Assembly (NCBI GenBank): GCA_043817645.1 | Contig: JBDRGP010000024.1 | Coordinates: 412-64,411, forward strand | Direction of reading: 5' to 3' | Origin: Candidatus Woesearchaeota archaeon | GTDB lineage: Archaea > Nanobdellota > Nanobdellia > SCGC-AAA011-G17 > JACPIM01 | Length of the DNA stretch: 64,000 nt | In this document: in pieces, positions 52,009 to 61,531 of the stretch | Layout: each line of letters begins with the position of its first letter | How positions within the stretch are numbered: position 1 is the first letter of the stretch | The notes under the pieces: generated by a model | Databases searched by the model: none | Told to the model about the DNA's origin: nothing | Seen by the model: the letters and a program-made list of their open reading frames with translations, nothing else | Program-made: the position numbers and the translations under genes

Positions 52009-54351
52009 TCAAAACTCTAGTAAATCTGTACAGCAACAATATGCTCCGGTTTCATCAAAACTTTCAAGATTTTTTACATTTAGTCCTGCGAGGAATTTGG
52101 TTTGTCCATCTTTTAAGATTTCGGTAGTATCATTTACAATTCCGCTTGTGCTATTTAAAAGGATTTTTATTGAACCAGCTCCGTCTATGTCTATTAGTCT
52201 AATGTCAATATTGTCTACTGTAATTTCATCACTAGTGTCCATGAAAAATTTATTTGCAGACTGACTTTTAAATTCTGTTGCTGTTTCTGCGCTGGTTAGG
52301 GATAGTTCGTTGTCTAGTATGTTAATTGTTAAAGGAGAATTAACACTTGTTGTGTCTATATTTATTATACTGTCAAATGCATAATAATACCTTAAGCTGC
52401 CTGAAGTGGCTTCCATATATACGTTAGAGTTGTAAGTATCGTCAGAGGAACTTAAGCTGGTTTCTATGCTTGGACCTGTAGCATATAGCATTAGTCCTTC
52501 GTGGTAATTATAAGTTTCTCCTCCAAAGGACACTTTATGGTCTATTAGGGTAGGGATGCTAGAGTGGGATAATTCTGCACTAAAGAAGTCTGTGTCTGCC
52601 AGGTTGCTACCTAAGGGTATTTCATCTGTTGTAGTAGTATCAAGTTCTGTGATTTCTTCAGTTACATTGCTTTGTTCTATTGAAGTTCTTGTTATTTGTA
52701 GTAAACTGCTTGCAATATCTGTTGCACCAATAGTGTCTTTTACTTTTGCTTCATCACCTACAATTAAAAGCATATTTTGGAATTTTCCTTCTTTTATGAA
52801 CGGGGAGGGGTAATCTGAGAAATCTACACCTCCTGATGAGGAGTTTAGTACTTCTGGTTCATTATTTACTATTTTAATATAGGTGCCTTCTAGACTATGC
52901 TGATCGAAATTCTTTAGAAAATCTGTTGCCATTTTTGTGTCTTCTGCTGTTGTACCTGCTACTAAGAGGGCGGTGTTTCTGCCATTTTTGGCGTATTTTA
53001 TCATTGCTTCTCCTGGTTTTAGTGGCCAGTTACTGCATGTAGGAAATCCGTTGAATTCTTCTACTAAGGGATCAGCACATGGACCTCCTACAAAGATGAG
53101 ACTGTTATCTTCTTTAAATTTTACTTCGTTCGATAGTATCGGAGAGGGCATTTGTTCTCCAAGGACTGTTGTTCCTGCTTCTTGTACTTTTGTTACTTCT
53201 GAGGCTGTTTTTGTTATGTCTACTTTTGCTTTTACTTGATCAGCAGGAATTTCCAATTCAACTTTGTCTACTGCATTATTTGTTTTTGGGTCTTTGATTA
53301 CTATGCCATACAAAGAACGGTGATCTTCGTCTTTTGTTCCGATGTTAGTTGAAACCCAAACTAAATCTGCGTCTTCTGCTGTTCCTGATGAAGCGCCGAA
53401 ACCTGTGATATCTGCATCTGCTGTATGTTTTAGGTTTATAGTGATATCATCAGCACCTTCTGTTGCAGCAGCTCCTTCAAAAGCTAATATGTCCAAAACA
53501 AGGTTTAGGTTATTTGCTGTGCCAAAATCTCCTCTTAGATCTATTTGAATGTCTGTACCTTGGGTGTTTTCGTAGTCAATATCTGCTATGTTGATATCAT
53601 CATTTGCCGTATCCATTGCTAAATAGCCTGCTAAAGTTTTTACGTTACTTACACCCTCATAGTAAATTGCCGCATCGGAGTTAGTGTTGTTGTAGATTAT
53701 CCAAATATTATCTGTTTCTGCACCATCTGCACTGCCTGCTGCTACGTCGTAGTCTGCTGTATCTAATTTTAAGCCGGTTGTGTCGTCAACAGAATGTATT
53801 AAAATAGCGTCTTTGTTGCTCCAAGAAGAGTTAAAAGAAGATAGGTCTACTGTTGTTTTTTGTATATTGTATGTTCCATAATCTGATACAGTTAGCTCTA
53901 TGAATTTTATACAAATAATATTATCTGGAAAACAAAATGATCCTCCTGTGCCTTTAGCTTTAACACCGATGGCGTCTATATCTGTAGCAATGAATCTATT
54001 TTTAATTCCTAATAGTGGGCCTGTGTGGGAGGTTTCGTCATTGGTGTCCAGTAGATTTGTAGCTGCTTCTGTTTTAATATTTTTTATTATCCATTCCCAT
54101 TCAACGTCTTCTTCATCTTCTCCTATGAATGGGTCTGTGTCTTTGTAAGTTGTTACTGCTTCTGAGCCTATGATTAAGACTGCCTGTCCTGCAAGCGTAC
54201 AATCGTTTCCTCCTTCGATTAGAGAGTCTGAACAAGTATCTGTGCATATCCCTGAAGTGTAACCTGAATCAAGGCAGACTGTGTTGCAATCCTGAGAAAG
54301 TACTAATGGGATTATAAGGATTATTGCTAAAATAAAAAGTACATGCTTCAT
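52009..54351 (-). CDS. large secreted protein with Cys-rich N-terminal module and Ser/Thr/Asp-rich beta domains (candidate adhesin or pilus-associated surface protein)
   Basis: Signal peptide MKHVLFILAIILIIPLVLS followed by QDCNTVCLDSGYTSGICTDTCSDS. 780 aa. Co-directional with and immediately upstream of the small membrane protein and dockerin pilin. Confidence 0.55.
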   Translation of the reverse strand: MKHVLFILAIILIIPLVLSQDCNTVCLDSGYTSGICTDTCSDSLIEGGNDCTLAGQAVLIIGSEAVTTYKDTDPFIGEDEEDVEWEWIIKNIKTEAATNLLDTNDETSHTGPLLGIKNRFIATDIDAIGVKAKGTGGSFCFPDNIICIKFIELTVSDYGTYNIQKTTVDLSSFNSSWSNKDAILIHSVDDTTGLKLDTADYDVAAGSADGAETDNIWIIYNNTNSDAAIYYEGVSNVKTLAGYLAMDTANDDINIADIDYENTQGTDIQIDLRGDFGTANNLNLVLDILAFEGAAATEGADDITINLKHTADADITGFGASSGTAEDADLVWVSTNIGTKDEDHRSLYGIVIKDPKTNNAVDKVELEIPADQVKAKVDITKTASEVTKVQEAGTTVLGEQMPSPILSNEVKFKEDNSLIFVGGPCADPLVEEFNGFPTCSNWPLKPGEAMIKYAKNGRNTALLVAGTTAEDTKMATDFLKNFDQHSLEGTYIKIVNNEPEVLNSSSGGVDFSDYPSPFIKEGKFQNMLLIVGDEAKVKDTIGATDIASSLLQITRTSIEQSNVTEEITELDTTTTDEIPLGSNLADTDFFSAELSHSSIPTLIDHKVSFGGETYNYHEGLMLYATGPSIETSLSSSDDTYNSNVYMEATSGSLRYYYAFDSIINIDTTSVNSPLTINILDNELSLTSAETATEFKSQSANKFFMDTSDEITVDNIDIRLIDIDGAGSIKILLNSTSGIVNDTTEILKDGQTKFLAGLNVKNLESFDETGAYCCCTDLLEF

Positions 54352-54487
54352 TTTTACCTCTTTTCTTACATAAACTCGGGATATCTAATCTTATTAATTT
54401 TTCTATGTGGTTTTTATGGATTTTGTTGGAAAGATTAACCCCTTTTACAGCATAATCAGTCTATTTCTTGTAATTGGAGTATTTCAC

Positions 54488-54495
54488 TATATAAA
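54488..54495 (+). promoter_or_regulatory. TATA box (cacTATATAAAtag) upstream of mre11
   Basis: ~36 nt upstream of ATG 54531. Confidence 0.4.
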
Positions 54496-54530
54496 TAGTT
54501 ATAATTTCTTTATGAGTGGGAATAAGAGCT

Positions 54531-55715
54531 ATGAAATTCGCTCATTTAGCAGACTGTCATATTGGTGGCTGGAGGGAGGAAGAGTTGAAAAAGCTTAGTA
54601 TAAAGAGCTTTAGAAAGGCTGTAGAGGTTGCTATTGATGAAAATGTTGGATTTGTGCTTATCTCTGGGGATTTGTTTAATACAAGCTTGCCTGGAATTGA
54701 GCTTATTAAGGAGACTGCTAGTATATTGAATAAGTTGAAGGAGAGGGATATTAGTGCTTATATTATTCCTGGAAGTCATGATTATTCTCCTAGCGGAAAA
54801 ACCATGTTGGATGTTCTTGAGAAAGCTGGTTTGGTTCATAATGTTATGAGATTTAAAGAGGGCAAGTTGGTTTTTACTGAGGATAAAACCGGTGTTAAGA
54901 TAACTGGGTTGTATGGTAGGAGAAGTGGTTTGGAAAAATTGGATTATGAGTCTTTGGATAAGAAAGATTTGGAAAAAGAGAAGGGATTTAAGATTTTTAT
55001 GTTTCATACTACTTTAGAAGAATTTAAACCAAAAGATCTTGAGAAAGTTGAAGGCGAGAGTTATACAAGTATGCCTAAAGGATTTAATTATTACGCTGGT
55101 GGGCATGTCCACTATTTATTCGATGTTAAAAAAGATGATTTTGGGTTGATTGTTTTTCCTGGACCTACGTTTCCGAATAATTTCAAGGAATTGGAAGAAT
55201 TGAAACAAGGACAGGTTTGTATTGTTGATGATAAGTTAGATTTACGAAGAATCAGTATTAAGTTTAAGGATGTTGAGAGTTTTTCTATTGATGTTACTGA
55301 TAAACATGCTGATGAAGTTCAAAAGTATATTGAAGAAGAAATAAGTAAAAGAAAAATTAAAGATAAGATTGTTACTTTAAGAGTTTTTGGTCAGTTAAAA
55401 AGTGGGAAGGTTTCTGATATAAACTTTAGAGATATAATTGATGGGTTGGATTGTTATGTGTGTATTAGGAATATAAACAAATTAACTACTAAAGAGTTTG
55501 AAGAGATTTCTGTTTCTGGTGGGAGTGCGGATGAAATTGAAGAAGCTGTTATTAAAGAGCATTTAGGACAATTTGAAATTAAAAATGAGGAGGAATTAAC
55601 TAAGAGGTTAATGGAAGTTTTTTCTGAAGAGAAACATGAAGGTGAAAGAAATATTGATTTTGAGAAAAGGGTAATTGAGAATGTTATGAAGGTTTTGAAA
55701 GATGAAAATAAATAA
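54531..55715 (+). CDS. mre11: DNA double-strand break repair nuclease Mre11
   Basis: MKFAHLADCHIGGW (motif I), VLISGDLFN (motif II), GSHD and GGHVH phosphoesterase motifs. The ORF track offers an upstream GTG at 54516. Confidence 0.85.
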   Translation: MKFAHLADCHIGGWREEELKKLSIKSFRKAVEVAIDENVGFVLISGDLFNTSLPGIELIKETASILNKLKERDISAYIIPGSHDYSPSGKTMLDVLEKAGLVHNVMRFKEGKLVFTEDKTGVKITGLYGRRSGLEKLDYESLDKKDLEKEKGFKIFMFHTTLEEFKPKDLEKVEGESYTSMPKGFNYYAGGHVHYLFDVKKDDFGLIVFPGPTFPNNFKELEELKQGQVCIVDDKLDLRRISIKFKDVESFSIDVTDKHADEVQKYIEEEISKRKIKDKIVTLRVFGQLKSGKVSDINFRDIIDGLDCYVCIRNINKLTTKEFEEISVSGGSADEIEEAVIKEHLGQFEIKNEEELTKRLMEVFSEEKHEGERNIDFEKRVIENVMKVLKDENK

Positions 55716-57750
55716 AATAACTTTGAGCAACATTAGGAGCTATAAGAGTCAGGAAATTGAGTTTCCTCTGGGAACTGTTTTGTTAAGTGGTGAGGTTGGT
55801 AGTGGGAAGAGTAGTGTTTTGTTGGCTTTGGATTTTGCTTTATTTGGTTTGAGGACTGGAAGTTTGCCTGGTGGTAGTTTGTTGAGAAAAGGGGAGAATA
55901 AAGGTTTTGTTGAGTTGTTATTTGAATTGGGTGGTAGGAATGTAAGGATTAGAAGGAATTTAAAGAAACAAGGAGATTCTATTGTTCAGGAACCTGGTTT
56001 TATTGAAATAGATTCTGAAAGAGAGGATTTGAGCCCTATTGAGTTGAAAGAGAGGGTTTTGAGTTTATTGAAATATCCTAAAGATTTGTTGATGAAGAGC
56101 AAGAGTTTGATTTATAGATACACAGTTTATACTCCGCAGGAAGAAATGAAGAGCATTCTTTTAGGAAATAAAGATTATAGACTTGAAACTTTGAGAAAGG
56201 TTTTTGGGGTTGATAAATACAAGAGGATGAAGGATAATACTATAATTTATGTTAATCATCTTAAGGGGATTAGAAAAGAATTGGCTGGAAGAATTGCTGA
56301 TCTTGATGAAAAAATTTTAATGAAGAAGGAAGTTGATGGTTCTATTTCAGAAGTTAAAAATAAAATTTTGGAAGTTGATGAAAAGATTAAGGATTTTAAA
56401 AATTTGCTTGAGACCAGGGATAAGGAGATTTCTTTGGTTGAAGAAAATATCAATCTGTTTAAGGAATTACAAAAACAAGTTGAAGTTAGTTTATTTGAAT
56501 TAAAAAGCAAGAGTTCGCTTAAGGAAAGAAATGTAAAAGAGATAAAAGAGTCTTTGGAGAAAATTTCTGAGTTAATTATTAAGGAAGAAGTTTTTGTGGA
56601 TGAAAAAATAATAATTGCTAAGGAGAAAGATTTGAGGCTAGTTGAAGAGAAATTAAGTGATTGGAATGCGAAAATTGGAGGGCTTAAGAATAAAATTGGA
56701 AACTCTGAGGAAATTAAAAGTAAAATAAAGACTATGGATTTTTGTCCCTTATGTAAGCAAAAGGTCACAAAAGAGCATATTAGGGATGTGGTTGCTGGGG
56801 AGGATGAGAAGATAAAAAAAGCTCAGGAATCTTTGGATTTAACTGAGAAAGAAATTGAAAAATATAATTCTGATGTTAAATTCTTGAAAGAAGAGATTGA
56901 AAATTGGAAAAAACAGATTTCTTTAGCTGAAACTTATAAACTGAAGAAAAAAATTTTGAGGGAGAAGGAAGACTCTGTGGAGAGATTACAAAAAGAAAAC
57001 TTGCTTTTGGATAAGGAGGTAGTTGAGTTAAAGGAGAATCAGAGAAAATTAAGTGAGAAGATAAAAGGTCTCGGAGATGTAAAAGAGAAGTATGATGTCT
57101 TGATTAAAGAAAAAAATAAATTGAATGAAGAATATATGAGACTTGAGGTTGAGAAAGGCGGTTTTGTTGCTGAGTTGAATTCTTTTTCTAAAAGATTGGA
57201 GGAGTTGAAGAAAGAAATTTTGGATAAGAGTGAGAATAAGAAAGATTTGTTGTATTGGACTAGGATTCAGGATTGGTTAATTGACTATTTTGTTAATTTG
57301 ATGGATGTTATTGAGAAAAAAGTTCTTTTGAAGGTGCATACTGATTTTGATAGTTTGTTTCAGGATTGGTTTAATATGCTGATTGATAATGAGATGATTA
57401 AGGTTGATTTGGATGAAGAATTTACTCCTGTTGTAGAGCAGAATGGGCATGTTATTGATTATAGTTATTTGAGTGGTGGAGAGAAAACAGCTGCTGCTCT
57501 TGCTTATAGACTGGCTTTAAATCAGGTAATTAATGATTTGGTAGGTGTGATTGAGACTAAGGATTTGATTATATTGGATGAGCCTACAGATGGGTTTTCA
57601 GATGAGCAGTTAGATAGGCTTAGAGATGTTATAAAGGAGTTAAATGTTAATCAGACTATTTTAGTTAGTCATGAGAGCAAGATTGAGAGCTTTGTGGATA
57701 GTGTTATTAGGATTGCTAAAAAAGAGCATGTTAGCGAGGTTATGGTTTAG
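55702..57750 (+). CDS. rad50: DNA double-strand break repair ATPase Rad50 (compact, 682 aa)
   Basis: N-terminal Walker A LLSGEVGSGKSSVL. Central coiled coil with zinc hook FCPLCKQ. Signature LSGGEK and Walker B LIILDEPTDG. Start overlaps the mre11 stop. Confidence 0.85.
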   Translation: MKINKITLSNIRSYKSQEIEFPLGTVLLSGEVGSGKSSVLLALDFALFGLRTGSLPGGSLLRKGENKGFVELLFELGGRNVRIRRNLKKQGDSIVQEPGFIEIDSEREDLSPIELKERVLSLLKYPKDLLMKSKSLIYRYTVYTPQEEMKSILLGNKDYRLETLRKVFGVDKYKRMKDNTIIYVNHLKGIRKELAGRIADLDEKILMKKEVDGSISEVKNKILEVDEKIKDFKNLLETRDKEISLVEENINLFKELQKQVEVSLFELKSKSSLKERNVKEIKESLEKISELIIKEEVFVDEKIIIAKEKDLRLVEEKLSDWNAKIGGLKNKIGNSEEIKSKIKTMDFCPLCKQKVTKEHIRDVVAGEDEKIKKAQESLDLTEKEIEKYNSDVKFLKEEIENWKKQISLAETYKLKKKILREKEDSVERLQKENLLLDKEVVELKENQRKLSEKIKGLGDVKEKYDVLIKEKNKLNEEYMRLEVEKGGFVAELNSFSKRLEELKKEILDKSENKKDLLYWTRIQDWLIDYFVNLMDVIEKKVLLKVHTDFDSLFQDWFNMLIDNEMIKVDLDEEFTPVVEQNGHVIDYSYLSGGEKTAAALAYRLALNQVINDLVGVIETKDLIILDEPTDGFSDEQLDRLRDVIKELNVNQTILVSHESKIESFVDSVIRIAKKEHVSEVMV

Positions 57751-58073
57751 GCTACAGCTGTAATAACTTTCTTTTCCTGATGCTTTTTTAATGCGTTTAG
57801 GATTATGTAGTCATAAAGGTCTATTAGTTTTTTAGCTATTTGATTTTCTATGTTTATTTTGTATAATTTTGCTCTGCCTATGTCCCTTGTTTTAATTACT
57901 ATGTTTCGCTTTATTAGTCTAGGGAAGATTGTGTGTAAAGTGCCCCAACTTACTCCTGCGTTTTCTGCTATGTCCGTTAAAGTGTAATCGAAGTCTCTTC
58001 CTTCAATTAGGTATTGTAAGACTTTCATAGTTGAGGAGTCTCCTACTACTTCTAAAAAAATTGATTTTTCCAT
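57747..58073 (-). CDS. winged-helix transcriptional regulator (paralog of 13266..13589)
   Basis: See 13266. A TATA box at ~58093-58102 gives a leaderless transcript. Stop overlaps the rad50 stop region. Confidence 0.5.
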   Translation of the reverse strand: MEKSIFLEVVGDSSTMKVLQYLIEGRDFDYTLTDIAENAGVSWGTLHTIFPRLIKRNIVIKTRDIGRAKLYKINIENQIAKKLIDLYDYIILNALKKHQEKKVITAVA

Positions 58074-58177
58074 GTGTTTTTAGAAGATTATAGTATATAT
58101 AAATCTTTTCTTTTTGTACATTGATATACAGTGAGGTTAGGTTAGTTTTATATACCTTGGTGTTTTTAGGGCCTTTT

Positions 58178-58456
58178 ATGGAAAAAGAGGTAATTCAAGT
58201 GATGGTGCATATTCTTGCTAAGCTAACCAGAATGGAAAAAATTGGAAGTGCACATACAGAAATAACTAATTTGTCTAAAGGGTTACCGATACACTTTAGA
58301 TCTAATAAAAAGGGCAAGAAGATAATACAAAGAGCAATTAAGGAGCTGTTTGATAGAGATTATTTATTACAAAAACCCTCTACAGGAGAAATTCATGTTT
58401 CTTTGAATCCTAAAAAGTTTAGTGAAATAGGAGAGTTTATTTTTAGATTTAGATGA
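58178..58456 (+). CDS. hypothetical small protein
   Basis: ORF only (MEKEVIQVMVHILAKLTRMEKIG…). The ORF track extends it to 58121. Confidence 0.25.
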   Translation: MEKEVIQVMVHILAKLTRMEKIGSAHTEITNLSKGLPIHFRSNKKGKKIIQRAIKELFDRDYLLQKPSTGEIHVSLNPKKFSEIGEFIFRFR

Positions 58457-58538
58457 GAGCATGTTAGTGAGGTTATAGGTTAGTATTTGCTATATCTCAC
58501 AGAAATCTTTAAATATTCTCTGCTTGTAGTTGTAGAGC

Positions 58539-59945
58539 ATGAAATATGGGATTTTAGTGTTATTCTTGGTATTATTGCTTCCTATACAGGTCTATGCTGC
58601 TGGAATTAAGGTTACAGTTACAAAGGAGCAGGATGTTGTTGAGCCGGGAGGGGCTGCTTTTTTTAGTATAAAGATAACAAATAAGCAGATTAGAGAAGAT
58701 ACTTTTCAGTTAAAAGCGAATACCTTTTTGATAGCTCCATTTTCTGATGATGTTGAAAGTGTGTTTTTTTTACCTAAAAGTACTGTTACTATCCCCACAA
58801 ACCAAGAAGAAATAGTCACTGCTAAGGTTGTTTTTGCAGATACTGTCAGGACTGATAGAACTTATGTTATTCCTATTGAAGTTATTTCTTTAACAAATTC
58901 TAAAGTTAGAGAAACTTTGGAGCCTACGATATATGTTATAAGTCCTAAAGAGGTTGTGAATATAGGTATTGAGGATATTGGCACTGTTATTCCTGGTAGA
59001 GAAAACTTAATTAAGATAGTTCTGAGAAATAATGCTAATGTTGATCTTACGAATATTGATATTTTTTACACTAGTTCTGTGTTTAGTCTTGAGGAAAAAG
59101 TAAGTTTAAATGCTTTTGAGGAAAAAGAAGTTGAATTGAATTTGCAATTAGATCCCTTGATTGAGGAGGGAGAATATTCTTTAGCTGTGAGATTGTATGA
59201 GGGTGATAAGATGAGAGGAAGTGATAGTTTTGATTTCTTTGTTGGTGAAAATCCTGATATAACTGAAAGAGAGAAAGTTGATCGTGGATTTTTGAGTTAT
59301 AGAGTTGAGGTTGTTCGGGAAAATGAAGGTAATACTGAGATTGAAAGGACTGTTAAGTATCCGATAGGTTCTTTTCAAAAATTATTCACAAAAACAAATC
59401 CTGAAGGGGCCCTTGTTGAAGATGGAAAGTTTTATGAATGGACTTTTAAAATTCCTCCCGGAGATATAGTTCGTATTGAGATAGAGACGGATTATAAGTT
59501 GCCTTTTTTTATTGTTTTAGCTATTCTGATTTTAATTGGAATAATTTTGTATGTGAGGAAGAAGGATCTTAAGCTGGTTAAAGAAGTGTTTAAGATAAAA
59601 GCTGATGAAAGTGGTGTTGGTGAAGTTAAGGTTTTACTGCACTTGAAAAATAAAAGCTCTAGGGAAATTTATAATATTAAAATTTTAGATTTTCTTCCTA
59701 AGTATATGCATGCTGATGTTGATTATGGGACTTTAAAACCTTCTAAGATTCAGGAAGGAACTACTGGTAGAAGGATTGTGTGGGAGGTTTCTAAATTAGA
59801 TCCTGGTGAAGAGAGAATAATTTCTTATAAAGTTAAATCTAGATTAAAATTGGTTGGTGCTCATGATCTTCCTTCTGGAACTGTTCAATATTTTGGAAAG
59901 AAAAAAAGAGTGGTTAATGTTGAGTCTAATAAGGTTAAGTTTTGA
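58539..59945 (+). CDS. surface protein with signal peptide, CARDB-like beta domains, a TM segment and C-terminal domain
   Basis: MKYGILVLFLVLLLPIQVYA signal peptide. ENLIKIVLRNNANVDLTNIDIFYTS CARDB-like segment. TM FFIVLAILILIGIILYV at ~aa 320. Confidence 0.5.
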   Translation: MKYGILVLFLVLLLPIQVYAAGIKVTVTKEQDVVEPGGAAFFSIKITNKQIREDTFQLKANTFLIAPFSDDVESVFFLPKSTVTIPTNQEEIVTAKVVFADTVRTDRTYVIPIEVISLTNSKVRETLEPTIYVISPKEVVNIGIEDIGTVIPGRENLIKIVLRNNANVDLTNIDIFYTSSVFSLEEKVSLNAFEEKEVELNLQLDPLIEEGEYSLAVRLYEGDKMRGSDSFDFFVGENPDITEREKVDRGFLSYRVEVVRENEGNTEIERTVKYPIGSFQKLFTKTNPEGALVEDGKFYEWTFKIPPGDIVRIEIETDYKLPFFIVLAILILIGIILYVRKKDLKLVKEVFKIKADESGVGEVKVLLHLKNKSSREIYNIKILDFLPKYMHADVDYGTLKPSKIQEGTTGRRIVWEVSKLDPGEERIISYKVKSRLKLVGAHDLPSGTVQYFGKKKRVVNVESNKVKF

Positions 59946-60011
59946 TTGAATTTTTATCTTTGGGAAATTTGTTACTCGTAGTAGTGAGTTAGATTTTTAA
60001 ATGAGATATTC

Positions 60012-60440
60012 TTGTCTAAGAACAAAGTGGTTAGTCATAAATTAATGCCTTTTGAGAAACAGGATAAACTAGAGGAAGGTTTAGTTAGAATAGATGATGG
60101 AAGCTATGTAGGTATGTCTAATTACTATGATAAAATTGGAAGACATTTGAAAACAGATACTGAATGTGTTTTTAGAGATTTAGATGAAACCGAAGCTGAA
60201 AGAGCGACAAGCGATTGTTTTATTGCTACTGCAGTTTATGGGGATGTTAATGCTCCCGAGGTTCAGGCTTTGAGGCAGTTTAGAAACAATGTCTTAAGTG
60301 AAAGTAGACTTGGAAGAATGGTAATAAATTTGTATTATGGTGGTCTTGGCAGAAGAATTGCAGATACTGTAAAACAAAGAATGCCTTCCGCAATTCCAGT
60401 TATTAAGAGAGGGCTGGATTATTTGATTAGGGAAGATTAA
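60012..60440 (+). CDS. hypothetical protein carrying a CFIATAVYG…EVQALRQFRNNVL motif
   Basis: The motif resembles a widespread CFIATAAYG-type conserved segment (recalled from memory, not verified). Confidence 0.35.
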   Translation: MSKNKVVSHKLMPFEKQDKLEEGLVRIDDGSYVGMSNYYDKIGRHLKTDTECVFRDLDETEAERATSDCFIATAVYGDVNAPEVQALRQFRNNVLSESRLGRMVINLYYGGLGRRIADTVKQRMPSAIPVIKRGLDYLIRED

Positions 60441-60582
60441 AAAACCTCTTTTCATTCACCTTCAAATTCTAATAAACAAAAAACATTATAGTCTTTTAAT
60501 TTTTCTTTGCCTTTCAAGTCTGGTAGATTGATATCTATTCTCTAAAATACACATTCCAGACGACGCATACGTGACAAACGCG

Positions 60583-60592
60583 CGCAGCCTAT
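60583..60592 (+). promoter_or_regulatory. TATA box (cagCCTATATAAAgtg) for the 60620 gene
   Basis: ~30 nt upstream of ATG 60620. Preceded by an unusually GC-rich stretch (cgcatacgtgacaaacgcgcgcag). Confidence 0.35.
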
Positions 60593-60619
60593 ATAAAGTG
60601 ATAAGAATTGGTATTAAGG

Positions 60620-61531
60620 ATGAGAAGAAATGACGAAAATTATGTGTTGAGGAAAAAGGAGCCAAACCATATCGAAATGAGAAATAAAGTAGAAAGCTTT
60701 CTTAAAAAAGGGTTTTCTATGGAAAGGATAGCAGAAAGGCTTTCTGTTCCGATTGGTACGAAATGGATTAAAGGAAGTGTAAGATGGTATAGATCTTGTC
60801 TTGTGGCTAAAGAGAATCAAAAGAAAGCAATAGAGAAACATCCCGACCTTTATAGCCGGGCTGGAAAAATTGCGCAGAAAAAGCATCCTTGGCTGGGTAA
60901 AGAATTGGGGAAAAAATATGGGCCTATACAGGGAAAAATAAATGCGAGAAGACTGAGGGGAAACTCAAAATATTTTTCAAAGATGGCTAGAAGGTTGCAG
61001 GAAATAAGCCCCGAACATTCAAGAATTAATATGAAGAAAGCACATAAAACCATGGAGAAAAATGGGACGTTCTATAAGCATCAAAGAGAGGCCGCATTAA
61101 AATGTATAGAGAAAAATCCTAATCATCTAGATGAGATGACTAAGAAGGCATTAGAAAGTAGAAGAAAGAATTATCCTTATGAATTTATGGGTTGTCTGTT
61201 TGATTCAAATGAGGAGAGAGAAACGTGTAAACTTTTTGTTAAAAATAAATTAATTACTAAACCTGTAGAGGGGAAAAATATACATACTAAGGTGAGTACA
61301 TGTTATGTTGATTTTTTTATAAAAAGAAAACTTTTTGTTGAGTTTCATCCTATTTGGAGCATTAAAGGTCATAAAGAAGAAACAGCTGAAGATTATTATA
61401 AAGCGAGAAGGAAACTTTTAGATGAAAATGGTTATAGGGATCATCCATTGGTTGTAATAAATAATTTTAAGGATGTTGATAGTAAAATAAATGAGATCAG
61501 AGCGTTACTCTCCTTCAAATTGGAGAAGTGA
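60620..61531 (+). CDS. basic protein with C-terminal DUF559/Vsr-like (PD-(D/E)xK) endonuclease-type domain
   Basis: C-terminal CYVDFFIKRKLFVEFHPIW…H…EDYYKARRKLLDENGYRDHPLVVINNF matches the DUF559 pattern (VDF…KL.VE.DG…H…D..R…L…GY.V.RF.N). N-terminus is a Lys/Arg-rich helical region. Confidence 0.4.
   Translation: MRRNDENYVLRKKEPNHIEMRNKVESFLKKGFSMERIAERLSVPIGTKWIKGSVRWYRSCLVAKENQKKAIEKHPDLYSRAGKIAQKKHPWLGKELGKKYGPIQGKINARRLRGNSKYFSKMARRLQEISPEHSRINMKKAHKTMEKNGTFYKHQREAALKCIEKNPNHLDEMTKKALESRRKNYPYEFMGCLFDSNEERETCKLFVKNKLITKPVEGKNIHTKVSTCYVDFFIKRKLFVEFHPIWSIKGHKEETAEDYYKARRKLLDENGYRDHPLVVINNFKDVDSKINEIRALLSFKLEK

Noticed and set aside
56256-56768. 170-aa minus-strand ORF inside rad50
   Set aside because: Antisense shadow of the Rad50 coiled-coil region.
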